Assembly: GCA_963675745.2 (NCBI GenBank)
Contig: CAXXWX010000002.1
Location: forward strand, 55,374-119,373
Origin: Phycisphaerae bacterium
GTDB lineage: Bacteria; Planctomycetota; Phycisphaerae; UBA1845; Fen-1342
Reading direction: 5' to 3'
DNA: 64,000 nucleotides
Below, piece after piece: positions 10,836 to 21,934 of this stretch; the first letter of the stretch is position 1; the number at the start of each line of letters is the position of its first letter. The position numbers and the translations under genes were made by a program. The notes beneath the pieces were generated by a model that was not told the origin of the DNA, made no database searches, and saw only the letters and a program-made list of their open reading frames with translations.

Positions 10836-10874
10836 GCCCGACGCGATCGGCATCGCAGGTATGCGGAGATTTGT

Positions 10875-13665
10875 GTGGCCAAGGCGCTCAGAGTTCACAC
10901 ATTGGCCAAAGAGCTTGGCGTGGCCTCCAAGGAGATCATTGCCAAGTGCGGCGCCGAAGGGATCGAGCTGAAGAACCACATGGCTGCGGTTACGCTCGGT
11001 CTTGCGGAGTCGATCCGCGAGTGGTTTAGCGAAAGAGACGACGTCACATCTGTTGAAATTGCCCCCTCTGTCGATCTGGAAAAGGTACGCACGGTTCGCA
11101 CCGCCCCGTCCACCGAGGTGGCCGTGGATGATGCCGGTACTGACGTAGCGGTTCAGGAGCTCGAGCCAGAAGCCGGCGATACCGGTGATGACGGCACAGA
11201 GGCAGACACCCCCCTACCCCCCGGCGACGCCGATACAACCCTCGCACCAACATTGGAAGCCCCGGTTGAGGAGCCGACCACCGAGGTCGTGGCACCCGCG
11301 CCGCCTGATGCTGCTGGCACGCTGGTCGAGGAAGAACCACCGACGGAGGATCTCGGCACGCCAGACCTGGAGATCGCGGCGCGGGAAGCGGCCGCGGATG
11401 AGGCCACCGAGGCCGCCCCAGGCAGTGATGTGGAAACACCGGCGCCTGCGCCACCACCGGCGGAACCCGTGAAACCTGTGAAACCCGTGAAACCCGCGGG
11501 GCCTCAGGTCGTTCCCAAACCGGCGGAGCTACAGGGGCCGCGTATTGTGCGGGTCGAAGCACCAGAACGCCTGCGGACGCCGCGTCCGCGACCGGCGCGA
11601 CCGGCACAACCAGCCGCCGGTCCCATGACCGGCGCGCCGCCCACCAGCGCCCCGAGCCGCAAACACCGCGGGCGTCAGCGCGGCGCGTCTGATGACGCAC
11701 CGCGTGGCGGCCGAAGCCCACGACGTCACAGCAGCTCCGCGGAAGTCGGTGAACGTGAACGCGAATGGCGTGACCAGGATCTCGTCGAGCGGAAGGAACG
11801 CCTGGCCAGCGCCACCGGCCTCGGGTTGCGAAATCGCCGCGCTGCCGAGAAGCGACGCCAGGCGGCCACTACCACCGGCGCCGGCACCGTGGCGCGAAAG
11901 GGCGAGGTTGAGATCATCGCTCCGATCGTGCTGAAGGACTTCTGCGCGGCGATTGGCGTGCCGTTCAGCCAGGTTGTCCGATCCACGATGGAGCACACCG
12001 GCAAGTTGATGATGATTAACCAGTCGATCGACGGTGATACGGCCGAGCTCGTCGCGCTGGATCTGGGCATCACGCTGAAGGTCGTCAAGGCCCGTAGCGA
12101 GTACGAGAAGCTGGCGGACGAATACAAGTCGCGCGAGCGAAACAACCTGACCCCGCGCCCGCCGGTGGTTGCGATGCTCGGGCATGTGGACCACGGCAAA
12201 ACCTCGCTGCTCGACGCGATCCGCAACACGGATGTGGTCAGTGGTGAGGCCGGCGGAATCACGCAGCACATCGGGGCTTCGCGCATCTGGCGTGGTGATT
12301 CATCGGTGACATTCCTGGATACGCCTGGTCACGAGGCCTTCACACAGATGCGGGCCCGGGGCGCCAACCTTACTGACGTCGTCGTGCTCGTGGTCGCGGC
12401 CGACGACGGGCTGATGCCCCAGACACTGGAGGCCATCAATCACGCCAAGGCGGCCGGCGTACAGATCGTCGTGGCGCTGAACAAGATTGACCTGCCCGGA
12501 GTTGACCTCAACAGAATCTACGCTCAACTGGCTGAGCACGACCTCGCACCAGCGGAGTGGGGTGGGCACACCGACGTGATCAAGACCAGCGCCACGACCG
12601 GCGAGGGTGTGGACGACTTGCTGGCTCACCTTGGTCACGCTCAGCGAGCTAATGGAGCTCAAGGCCGATCCCACGGTTGCCGCGGCGGCATCTGTGATCG
12701 AAGCCGAGATGCGCGAAGGTCAGGGCGTGGTCGCGCGCGTGCTGGTTCAGGAAGGCACGCTGACGACCGGGCAGATTGTCGTGTGCGGCCCGGCGTCGGG
12801 TCGCGTACGGTCGCTGCTTGATCACCATGGTAAGCGTGTAAAGTCGGCCCCCCCGGGAACCCCGGTGGCCGTTGTGGGGTTCGACGAGCTTCCAAACGCC
12901 GGCGACCGCCTGTATCAGGTCGACGATATCGGGCGCGCCAAGGCGGTTGCGGAGGAAGTGCGCAAACAGCGGCGCCAGGAAGGCCTGCGCGTGACCCAGC
13001 GTGCGCGCGGCATCGAGGATCTGCTGGCGAGCGCCGGTGATGCCGACATTCCCACGCTGAACGTGATCGTAAAGGCCGATGTGCAGGGTTCGATCGAGAC
13101 GTTGCGGCAGCAACTCGCGAACTTCCCGGCGGACAAGGCCGAGTTGCGTGTACTGCACTCCGCAGTCGGCGCGATCACGGAGGCTGATGTAGCGCTGGCC
13201 CAGGCATCCGATGCGATCATCATCGGTTTTCATGTGGTTGCCGAAGATCGCGCGCGTCAGGCGGCCGAGTCGGTCGGAGTGGAGATTCGCCACTACCGCG
13301 TGATTTACGAGATTCTCTCCGACGTACACAAGGCACTGGAGGGGCTGCTCAAGCCGCTGGAGCAGGAAGAAAGCCGCGGCATGCTGGAGATCAGGCAGAT
13401 TTTCCACGCCGGCCGGGTGGGCACGATTGCGGGTTGTTACGTCACCGAGGGGACCATCAGTCGCAAGCACACCGCCCGCCTGATCCGCGACGGCCGCATC
13501 GTGCTGGAGGGCGCCGGGATCGCATCGCTGCGGCGCTTCAAGGATGACGTTAGAGAAGTGCGCGCCGGATTCGAGTGTGGCCTGCGGCTGGAGAACTACA
13601 ACGACGTAAAGCCGGGCGACAAGGTCGAGGCCTACGAGGTTGTCGAGGTGCGCCAGCAGTTGTGA
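10875..13665 (+). CDS. infB: Translation initiation factor IF-2 (1-bp frameshift at ~12631-12634)
   Basis: [11 protein letters not shown]-terminus, [24 protein letters not shown]; then [21 protein letters not shown]. Deleting one base in CTTGG joins the frames. Confidence 0.97.
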
Positions 13666-13689
13666 TAGACCCGCAAGGGAGTTTGGCGT

Positions 13690-13977
13690 ATGGGTATGGT
13701 GGTCGGCGTCTTGCGCGTCCGGCTGGGAATATTCGAGGCGCTCTCGCTGAAGGACAAGCGCCGCGTAACCAAAAGCCTGAAGGACCGACTGAGTCATCGG
13801 CACAACGTATCGATCGCCGAAGTTGACGATCTGGATCACCGCCAGGCGGCGACGCTGGGGCTCGCGATGGTGGCCAATGATGGTCGCTATGTGGAAAGCG
13901 CCCTCAGCAAGATTGTGGACGAGTTTCACGCCTACCCCCATGCATCCCTGATCGATTACGAGATCGAGATCCTGTGA
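13690..13977 (+). CDS. DUF503 (YlxP) family protein
   Basis: SLKDKRR...NVSIAEV..LD; typical position between infB and rbfA. Confidence 0.9.
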   Translation: MGMVVGVLRVRLGIFEALSLKDKRRVTKSLKDRLSHRHNVSIAEVDDLDHRQAATLGLAMVANDGRYVESALSKIVDEFHAYPHASLIDYEIEIL

Positions 13978-14030
13978 CGGGGACGGCGGGCATCGCGATC
14001 AACGCCGCGTGGCAGCGGGATAGGAACAAC

Positions 14031-14453
14031 GTGTCTCATCGAACGGAACGAGTCGGCAACGTAATTCGCGGGATCGTCGCAGACGCGATCCAGTCCCAGC
14101 TCAACGACCCGCGGATCGCGCCGCTGACATCGATCGTCCGCGTCGAGGTCACGCCTGATTTTGCCCTGGCGCGCATTCACGTAAGCGTGATGGGCAAACC
14201 GGCGCGTCAGGAACTGTGCGTGAAGGCCCTGCGCGGCGCCGCCGGACGGCTGCGCACACTGGTCAAACGCGGCCTGACGACCCGCCAGATACCACAGCTC
14301 GAGTTTCACCTAGACGACTCCATCCAGCACGGAATTGAGACCGTGGACCAACTGGATCAGCTCATGGAAGAACAGAACCAGCGATCGACCGCGGTGGCGG
14401 GCGCTGATGACACCGACACCACGGCCGATCCGCCGGCACGAGCGGAGGACTAG
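14031..14453 (+). CDS. rbfA: Ribosome-binding factor A
   Basis: R.ERV, DPR, VEVTPDF..ARIHVS, PQLEFHLDDSI. Probable GTG start at 14031. Confidence 0.93.
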   Translation: MSHRTERVGNVIRGIVADAIQSQLNDPRIAPLTSIVRVEVTPDFALARIHVSVMGKPARQELCVKALRGAAGRLRTLVKRGLTTRQIPQLEFHLDDSIQHGIETVDQLDQLMEEQNQRSTAVAGADDTDTTADPPARAED

Positions 14454-14458
14454 TACCG

Positions 14459-15499
14459 ATGAGGGGTGCGACACAGTGCGCGCGACGGCTCGGCGCTTTT
14501 GTCAATAGCCTGCGATCCCAACACGGCAAGGTGAAGCGACCGGCGGTCAGCGATCCGACCACCCAGTTGCTGTTGGGGATTCTCTCGCGCGACGTGCCCG
14601 AGCGCACGGCGCGTCAGACGCTGGACGAACTGCGCGGCATGGTCGTGGACTACAACGAACTGCGCGTTATTCCGTCATACGAGTTGGCGGAGATGATCGG
14701 TGACTACCATGATGTGCGAAACAAGAGCGAGGACATTGTAAGAGCGCTCAACAGCGTCTCCGCCCGCGAACACACGGTCTCCCTCGATCGGCTGCGTGAC
14801 CTGCCCAAGAAGGAGACTGTCGCACTGCTTGATGAGATTGACGGATTGGAGGCGTATACACGGGCGCGCATCCGCCTGTTGGGGCTGGAGCAGCACGCCA
14901 TCCCGCTTGATGAGGCGATGTGGGCGCTGGCGCGGCAGGCGCAGATTGTGGATAAGAAGTGCCCGCTCCTCGAAGCACAGTCTTTCCTGGAACGCCAGAT
15001 CGACGAGGAAGACGCGCTCGAGTTTGTCGCGCTTCTGCAGACTCAGGCGTGGGCCGAGCTCGGCGCGGGGGTGCGCGCGGGCGAGTTTGAGCGAATTCAC
15101 AGCGCCCCGCCTGATCGCACGACCAGCCATATGTTGCAGGATGTCGCCCCGTCCAAAGACACTTCACTCACCGCCCCGGAGTTTGAGCCGGAGCTGATCG
15201 CAGCGGTGGCTGAGGGTGAAGAGGTGGAGGAACAGCCGGTCAAGCGCAGGCGAACGCGCAAGAAGCCGCCGGCGACAAAGAAGCCCAAGCCGCGAGCCGC
15301 AAAGGCGCGCCCCCCAGCGGTTAAGAAGAAGAAAGCCGCCAGGAAAGCCGCGGCCCCCAAGAGAAAACGCAAGGCGGCCGCAAAACCCGCGAAGGCGGCG
15401 AAGCGCAAGACGAAGAAAGCCAAAAAGCCGGCACGTAAAGTGAAACGCACGGCTGCCCGGAAGAAGAAAGCAACGGCGCGCAGAGCCAGATCGGCCTGA
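14459..15499 (+). CDS. Hypothetical protein: helical N-terminal domain (endonuclease III/HhH-GPD-like) plus Lys/Ala/Arg-rich histone-H1-like tail
   Basis: DP..QL..GIL, VDYNELRV, SLDRLR, HAIPLD; the last ~85 aa are almost entirely K/R/A/P/T. Confidence 0.7.
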   Translation: MRGATQCARRLGAFVNSLRSQHGKVKRPAVSDPTTQLLLGILSRDVPERTARQTLDELRGMVVDYNELRVIPSYELAEMIGDYHDVRNKSEDIVRALNSVSAREHTVSLDRLRDLPKKETVALLDEIDGLEAYTRARIRLLGLEQHAIPLDEAMWALARQAQIVDKKCPLLEAQSFLERQIDEEDALEFVALLQTQAWAELGAGVRAGEFERIHSAPPDRTTSHMLQDVAPSKDTSLTAPEFEPELIAAVAEGEEVEEQPVKRRRTRKKPPATKKPKPRAAKARPPAVKKKKAARKAAAPKRKRKAAAKPAKAAKRKTKKAKKPARKVKRTAARKKKATARRARSA

Positions 15500-15741
15500 C
15501 ACAAGCTCCCGAGCCGTCCGCACTTCGCCCCGGCCGACACGGCCACGTCACCGCTGCACACGCGTGGCGCGGGCGATATCCCGATTCCGGCCACCACCCG
15601 CCCTCCCCAACGGCCTGATATCAGGTCACGCATCCATTCGCAGGACGACGTTGCGCGTCGTAAGATACCGCGAGAGCCGCCATCGGCAGCCGGCCCGCGC
15701 GATGTGGATTCGCGCGGCGCCGCGCTCGCAAGTCAGGATGG

Positions 15742-18700
15742 GTGATGTTAATGGGGCCCAAGGTATCAACCCACGCCGTCAAGCTGATGGCGATCGTGTG
15801 CAGCGCCTGCGTTTGCGCGGGCAAGCTGCCGGCACAGCCGGTCAGCCTTGACGATTTCTCAGCCACCGACCGCCGCGCCATGACGCTCGCGACGGTTACC
15901 GAGCAACTGGCCGTGTCCGAGTTGGGCGCCGATGCGACTCAAGCGCCCGCACTCGATGCGTGGGAGGAGGGCCGGGCGCTATACGCCTCGGCCCAGGCGC
16001 TGGTTTCGGAGGGTGAATACGGCGAGGCAATCGTGCGTCTCGAGGACGCCCTGCAACATGCGCGCGTCAGCTACTACGAGCTCTACTACCTGCTGGCGTT
16101 GGCGAAACTGGGCGATGATCGGCTGGTTGAGGCGCGCGTGGCCGCGGAGCTGGCCGCCGCCCTGCGTCCCGGTGAGCCGGGTCCACACTACCTGCTGGGC
16201 AGAGTGCATGACCGGTTTGAACACCCCGAGCAGGCGCTGCGGCACTTCCGCGCGGCAACCTCTGCCGGCGCTGATAGTGCAGACGACCCGCTGGTCACGG
16301 CCGCCTGGTATCGGCTCGGCGATCTGCTCACCCGCGAGGGCTTTGACCTGGCGGCCGCCGAGGCGCTGGCGGCGTTTGACCGGGCGATCTACCAGGACCA
16401 TTCCGATCATCGGGGCACCAGGGAAGTCGCGTCACTGCTTGACGCGTTGACCGAAGACACGCTGGAACGCCGGCTGGCGCTGCTGCGCAGCGCGGGGCAC
16501 ACACAGGAAATCGTCGCCGCGACGCGTACGGCCCACGAACGTCGGCCCCAGGAGCTCAGCGTGGCGCGGTTGTACGTGCGCGCCTTGCTGGACGACGGTC
16601 AAGCCATGACGGCATGGGAACTGTGTGCGGCACGCCTGGCCGATGCGAAGGTGCGCCGCGAGTTTGTACCGCTGGCCCGTGAGGCGGCATCGGCGGCGGA
16701 GACGCTTGATCAGTGGATCGCGCAACTCGCACGCGACGTCGCTACGGACGGAGCGGCCGCGATCGCCAGACAACTGTCGGACGATCTCGAACGCATCGGC
16801 GATCGCAAGCGCGCGATCCCGCTCTGGCGAGCACTGCTCCGCGCCGACCCTTCCGACGCCGCGACGGCATGGCGATTGGCCGGCGCGCTGCGCAGCACCG
16901 GCGATCTGCGCGCCGCGCTGACGCTCTTGATCGACAATACGCGCCTGGCCCCCCCCGCCATCTCGTTGCCGCATGAGATTCTGTCACGTTGGGTACGCGA
17001 ATCCCAGGCGTCTGATGAACTCCCGCCGCTCCTGCGCGAATTCGGCGCGCAGCCGGAGCACGACTACGCGACTGATTTCGTGCTTGCGGTGGCGGCGGCC
17101 GCCGCAGGGCAGGACAAGCCGGCCGAGGAGCTGTTCACCGCGTGCCTGGCCGCGCGGCCCGACTTTCTGCCGGCGCGCATCGCGTTGCCTCAGATCAGAC
17201 TGGCTCAATATCGCTGGGCCGAGGCGCGCACGTTGATCGAGGCCGTGATCGATGATGCGCCCGACATCGCCTTCGCGCACTTCATCCGCGGCGAGGCCTG
17301 TGCCGGGTTGGATCAGCGCGAGTGTGCCGAACAGGCATTCAAGGAGGCCCTGCGGCTGGCGCCGGGCAATGCCACCTTCGCGCTGCGACTGGCCGAGTTC
17401 TACCGCCGGGGCAACGACCTGACCGCCGCCGAGCGCTATTACCAGGAGGCGGTCACCGCAGATCCCCACAACGAGCGCGCCCTGGAGCTGGCCATCGATG
17501 CCTACCTCGCCGGCGGCAAGCGTGAGATCGCGCGCGCGCAATACGAGAACGCCCGCGCGGCTGAGCTGGTATCCCCGGAAGTCCTGCAGCGCATCGAGAT
17601 GGCCATCCGGTTCGTGGATGACCCGCTGAGTGACGCGCATATCGCGGCGATGCGCTTGCACCATGCGCGACACCCGACCGACAGGACAATCGGACTGAAG
17701 CTGGCCACCGCTCTGTATTACGCGCGTGAGTTTGACGAGGCATACAAAATCGCGATGCGGTTGTTCGCGCTGGCGCCGGATGACGAGGATGTCCTGCTCA
17801 CCGTCGCGCAAAACTGCATGCGCCAACTCGAGTTTCCCCGGGCAATCGAGGCCCTGTCGGTGTTGCACGCGCGTCACCCCGAGCGACAGCCGGTGACAGC
17901 GGCCTTGGCGGCGGTTTGCCGTGATGACTTCCAGGTCGAACGGTGCCGGACCCTGTTGCGCGGGCTGCTTGACTCCGATCTGGCCGAGCAGGAGCGCTGG
18001 CGTTACCGCGCCGAGCTGATCGAGTCGTATGTCGAGTTCTCTGAGTTTGACGCGGCCCTCGCGCAACTCGACCAATGGGCGGATGAGCCGGAGGCCGCCG
18101 AGACCATCTGCCGCGAACGGATCAGGGTCTTGCTGCTGGCGGAGCGTGACGATGAGGCGGTTGCGCTCGCGCGGGAGTTTCAAGACGAAGCCCCACATGA
18201 GGTGGATCGCCGGCTGCTGTTGCTGAACGTCCTGATCGCCGGCGATGAGCTGGAAATCGCCGAGCACCTGCTGCGCGGCTGGCGCGAGAAGGATATGGAG
18301 AGCCTGCGCTGGGCCCTGTCGTTGGTTGACGTGCTGCTGGCCCAGGAGCGGGCCGAGGAGGCGCTGGATGTGCTTGCCGATCTTGGTCCGCAGACTTTGC
18401 GGGCGGACATCACGCTGCGCACCACGCAGGCCCGATGTGAAGCCGCGCTGAAGCGCGTCGATCAGGCCGTCGCGCGCATCGAACAGGTGCTCGAGATGGA
18501 GGCGGTGCAGGACAGTCCGGACGAGCGCGCCACTGTCCGGGCGCAGCTCATCGAGTTACTGGTGGAGGCCGGCGAATTCGACCGGGCGCTGGATTTCTGC
18601 GCTGGGTGGCTGGAAAGCGCGGGGCCGGACCCAATCGCGCGCGTCAGGGTGCTGGAGCTGCAGCAGGTCGTCTACCTGGCGGCCGATCGCGTCGCCGACT

Positions 18701-19173
18701 ACGAGGAAGTGATGGAGATGCTGCTCGACTACCGGCCGGACGATGCGGCGATCGGTAATGATCTGGGATATTCGTGGGTCGACAGCGGACGCAACCTCGA
18801 GCGCGCCACGCGCATGATCCGGATGGCCGTCGCGGAGTTTCCGATGCGGGCGGCCTATCTGGACAGCCTGGGATGGGCGTACTACAAAATAGGCAGCTTC
18901 GACGACGCGCTGAAGTACCTTGAACGTGCGGTGCGGCTGCGCGAGGGACAGGACCCGGTACTGTACGATCATCTGGGCGATGCGCTGTTCCGGTCGGGGG
19001 ACCGTAACGCCGCCCGCGCACACTGGCAAACGTGCCTGGAGTTGATCGAGCGCGAGAAACCGGGCAACATGTTGGTTGACCGGGCTGAACTGAGCGCGGC
19101 CGTGCAGGGGAAACTCGCCGCCCTGGGGCGCGGTGAATCCCCCGCGGTCGCGCCATTGGCCGACCAGAACTGA
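15742..19173 (+). CDS. Large tetratricopeptide-repeat protein, probably exported
   Basis: Many TPR units; C-terminal NDLGYSW, AYLDSLGWAYYK, DHLGDA motifs. Confidence 0.88.
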   Translation: MMLMGPKVSTHAVKLMAIVCSACVCAGKLPAQPVSLDDFSATDRRAMTLATVTEQLAVSELGADATQAPALDAWEEGRALYASAQALVSEGEYGEAIVRLEDALQHARVSYYELYYLLALAKLGDDRLVEARVAAELAAALRPGEPGPHYLLGRVHDRFEHPEQALRHFRAATSAGADSADDPLVTAAWYRLGDLLTREGFDLAAAEALAAFDRAIYQDHSDHRGTREVASLLDALTEDTLERRLALLRSAGHTQEIVAATRTAHERRPQELSVARLYVRALLDDGQAMTAWELCAARLADAKVRREFVPLAREAASAAETLDQWIAQLARDVATDGAAAIARQLSDDLERIGDRKRAIPLWRALLRADPSDAATAWRLAGALRSTGDLRAALTLLIDNTRLAPPAISLPHEILSRWVRESQASDELPPLLREFGAQPEHDYATDFVLAVAAAAAGQDKPAEELFTACLAARPDFLPARIALPQIRLAQYRWAEARTLIEAVIDDAPDIAFAHFIRGEACAGLDQRECAEQAFKEALRLAPGNATFALRLAEFYRRGNDLTAAERYYQEAVTADPHNERALELAIDAYLAGGKREIARAQYENARAAELVSPEVLQRIEMAIRFVDDPLSDAHIAAMRLHHARHPTDRTIGLKLATALYYAREFDEAYKIAMRLFALAPDDEDVLLTVAQNCMRQLEFPRAIEALSVLHARHPERQPVTAALAAVCRDDFQVERCRTLLRGLLDSDLAEQERWRYRAELIESYVEFSEFDAALAQLDQWADEPEAAETICRERIRVLLLAERDDEAVALAREFQDEAPHEVDRRLLLLNVLIAGDELEIAEHLLRGWREKDMESLRWALSLVDVLLAQERAEEALDVLADLGPQTLRADITLRTTQARCEAALKRVDQAVARIEQVLEMEAVQDSPDERATVRAQLIELLVEAGEFDRALDFCAGWLESAGPDPIARVRVLELQQVVYLAADRVADYEEVMEMLLDYRPDDAAIGNDLGYSWVDSGRNLERATRMIRMAVAEFPMRAAYLDSLGWAYYKIGSFDDALKYLERAVRLREGQDPVLYDHLGDALFRSGDRNAARAHWQTCLELIEREKPGNMLVDRAELSAAVQGKLAALGRGESPAVAPLADQN

Positions 19174-19185
19174 ATCGAGGATCGC

Positions 19186-20178
19186 GTGAGCACACCAAGC
19201 GATATCGGCCGACAGGTCATCAGCGAAGAGGCCGAGGCGTTGCGGCGCCTGGGCGAATGCGTTGGCAACGAGTTTGACGCCGCGGTGCGGAGTATCCTGG
19301 GCGCCAAACAAATCGTCGTCAGCGGACTCGGCAAGAGCGGGAATATCGCGCAGAAGATCGCCGCCACGCTGACCAGCACCGGCACCTCCGCGATCTGCAT
19401 GCACCCGGTGGAGGCCTTGCACGGCGACCTGGGCATTGTCACCGACCGGCATTGCCTGATCGCCCTCTCGCGCAGTGGCAATACCGATGAAATCCTGCGC
19501 TTTGTCGCCCATTTCCGCCGCCTGGGCGGCCCGGTGATCGGTATCACGCAGGGTCGTGACTCGCGCTTGTCGGAGTTTTGTCAACACACGCTGCTGCTGC
19601 CGGATGTGCCCGAGGCCGGCCCGCTGAGCCTGGCGCCGACCACTAGCTGCCTGATGATGCTCGCGCTCGGCGACGCATTGGCGATGGCGCTGTTGCACGC
19701 GCGCGGCTTCAAGGTCGAAGAATTCGCGCAATACCATCCGGAGGGTGCGCTCGGAAGACGGCTGTTGCTGCGCGCCGAGGATCTGATGCACACCGGCGAG
19801 GCGTTGCCGCGTGTTGCCGCTTCCGAGCCGTTCGGCCGTCTGCTTGTCGAAATGACCGAGAAGCAGCTCGGCCTGGCCCTGATTGTCGAGGATAATGGGC
19901 ATCTCCTGGGCACATTCACGGACGGCGACTTGCGCCGCATCTTCGAGCGCGTCGAGAACCCGCGCACGCTCAACGCCCGCAGCGCGTTCCAGAGCAGCCG
20001 GCGCTCCGCAACGTCTCCACCGGTAACGGCATCAGCGATCGGCCCAACGAAACTGGCGGTGGATTGCCTCATGATCATGCGCGAGAGCCGCATCACAGCA
20101 CTGGTGGTGGTCGATGAAGCCGGCAAGCCGATCGGCCTGCTGCGGTTGCTCGATTTGGTGCAGGCGGGCCTGGGCTGA
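19186..20178 (+). CDS. kdsD: Arabinose-5-phosphate isomerase (KpsF/GutQ, SIS + CBS domains)
   Basis: GLGKSG, HPVEALHGDLG, LAPTTS, GDALA, HPEGALG, FTDGDLRR. Confidence 0.93.
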   Translation: MSTPSDIGRQVISEEAEALRRLGECVGNEFDAAVRSILGAKQIVVSGLGKSGNIAQKIAATLTSTGTSAICMHPVEALHGDLGIVTDRHCLIALSRSGNTDEILRFVAHFRRLGGPVIGITQGRDSRLSEFCQHTLLLPDVPEAGPLSLAPTTSCLMMLALGDALAMALLHARGFKVEEFAQYHPEGALGRRLLLRAEDLMHTGEALPRVAASEPFGRLLVEMTEKQLGLALIVEDNGHLLGTFTDGDLRRIFERVENPRTLNARSAFQSSRRSATSPPVTASAIGPTKLAVDCLMIMRESRITALVVVDEAGKPIGLLRLLDLVQAGLG

Positions 20179-20389
20179 CGCATGGCTGCGCCGGTGGGCT
20201 TGAAATCCCGGCGTGTGGTTGGTATTCAGTAGAGCAATTGAGCGATCGTGAGTTCGTTCGCCACCCGGGCATCGGGTGCCCCGGCGATCGGATTTGAGGT
20301 TCTTGCGCCCGTGTGGGCAACGGCATGGGCGCGAATCGCCAACGTCCGCTGTGGCAATGACGCTGTGCACGCGAGCGGGAGGAGTCGCC

Positions 20390-21898
20390 ATGTCCAGTCG
20401 TGTCGGAGCCGTAGCGTTCATTCCTGCAGCGGTATTCGTATTCGCATCGGCCGCCGTCTCCATGGCCGACCCGACGCCTGAGCGTGACTACGTGACGCCG
20501 GGGCCACCGCCGGTGGTTTGGGAGGTTGACGCCAAGATCTGGCAGCAAGGCTGGTTCGGCTGGGACAATCCCCAGTATGTGCGGATCGAGGACGCCTACG
20601 CAAAAACCACGGACAACGGGCACGGCGGCTGGGCGGTCAATGCGTCGCATCAGTCCTGGAACAAGGGCTGGGTCTGGCAGGGCAATTTCCCATCCAGCGC
20701 GCAGACGTCGGGGCGTTTCACGCCCGCCATCTTAAATTGCCGTCAAACGCACAGCTCGGCGTGGAGCTCGGATTTCATCATGGAAAAAGTCTATGCGGTG
20801 CTCATCGTGCGCGCCTGGGTGCGCGGCGGAGCGGGCACGCAGTGTACGTTGGATCTCGCCCACGGCGGCTTCTGGGCCGGCGAGTTGTGTGACACCGGCT
20901 CGGCCCGCCTGCAGGGGTACGACCTTGTCGTAACGGGAGATGGCGGGGGCTGCTCATCCGTCCACGTTCCGCTGACAGTCTCACACAATTCCTCTTTGCA
21001 CGTGACGTCCTCGCAAACGCGCGTGTTCGATGAGTTTCCCCAGCAGGTTTACTCGCTGCTCGATTTCAATACGGGTGGGGGCACCGACGTTGTGGAGGAA
21101 GCCTCGCTGCGGGCAATGGGATGGGAATCCTGCATCATGATGTGCGGTCCGCCGACGCGCGTTGTCGGTGGCGGGACTCTTTTGAGCAGCATTCGCGTGA
21201 GCTTGCTGACCGGGGTCAGACCGACACCCAGGTTCGACCACAGATACACAGCGACAAGAAACGCCGCCAGCCGAAGCCTCGGTATCGAGCTGGAATCGCT
21301 CTCGTACGATGAGGATGATGGCACCGATCCCGGCGCGGGGATTATGCACTATGAGTGGTTCGCCGACGGGGAGCTACTTCAGTCCGAGCCCGATCCATAT
21401 TTGGTGTTCGACCCCGTGCACAGCGGCCTGTTTGCCGTCACGCTCGAGGTCACGGATGATGAGGGCATGACCGATTCCGTGACAAAGCCCATTCGCATCA
21501 GCCCGATTCCCGACGCGGTGGATTGGGATGAAAACGGCAGCGTGGATAGCGGTGACTTTCTAATCGCGCTGGGGTGCTTAGGCGGCGCCGATGTGCCGAC
21601 CGACGGCAGCGATTGTGATCCGGTCGACCTTGACACCGACGGCGATGTCGATGCCCTGGAGATTGCCGAGCTACAGGCGGCATTCGGGCGCAGCGCGTCG
21701 CTCCCTCTGGGTGACCTGAACTGCGATGGATGGGTCAACAATGGCGACATCGACCCATTCATCCTCGCCGTGACCTTCCCCGAGCACTATGACACCGCGT
21801 ATCCAGACTGCAACATCATGCTCGGCGATGTCAATGGCGACGGGTGGGTCAACAACGGCGACATCGACGCGTTCACCACCTTGTTGAATACACAGTAG
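20390..21898 (+). CDS. Secreted protein with PKD/Ig-like domain and tandem dockerin-like (EF-hand) C-terminal modules
   Basis: Signal peptide after GGAGGAG; SYDED...YEW...VTLEVTDDEG (PKD-like); four Dx[DN]xDGxV loops. Confidence 0.8.
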   Translation: MSSRVGAVAFIPAAVFVFASAAVSMADPTPERDYVTPGPPPVVWEVDAKIWQQGWFGWDNPQYVRIEDAYAKTTDNGHGGWAVNASHQSWNKGWVWQGNFPSSAQTSGRFTPAILNCRQTHSSAWSSDFIMEKVYAVLIVRAWVRGGAGTQCTLDLAHGGFWAGELCDTGSARLQGYDLVVTGDGGGCSSVHVPLTVSHNSSLHVTSSQTRVFDEFPQQVYSLLDFNTGGGTDVVEEASLRAMGWESCIMMCGPPTRVVGGGTLLSSIRVSLLTGVRPTPRFDHRYTATRNAASRSLGIELESLSYDEDDGTDPGAGIMHYEWFADGELLQSEPDPYLVFDPVHSGLFAVTLEVTDDEGMTDSVTKPIRISPIPDAVDWDENGSVDSGDFLIALGCLGGADVPTDGSDCDPVDLDTDGDVDALEIAELQAAFGRSASLPLGDLNCDGWVNNGDIDPFILAVTFPEHYDTAYPDCNIMLGDVNGDGWVNNGDIDAFTTLLNTQ

Positions 21899-21934
21899 CC
21901 CGCGCAGACCGGCAGCAACCGAGCCCTGGCTCGT

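Noticed and set aside
11467..11497. Tandem 9-bp repeat in infB, and GDPN repeats at ~50657-50708
   Set aside because: They encode low-complexity linkers (PVK x3; GDPN) and are not DNA elements.
12601..12660. Programmed frameshift or split gene in infB
   Set aside because: No slippery heptamer, IF-2 is essential, and the same one-base homopolymer pattern recurs in four other genes; assembly error is more parsimonious.
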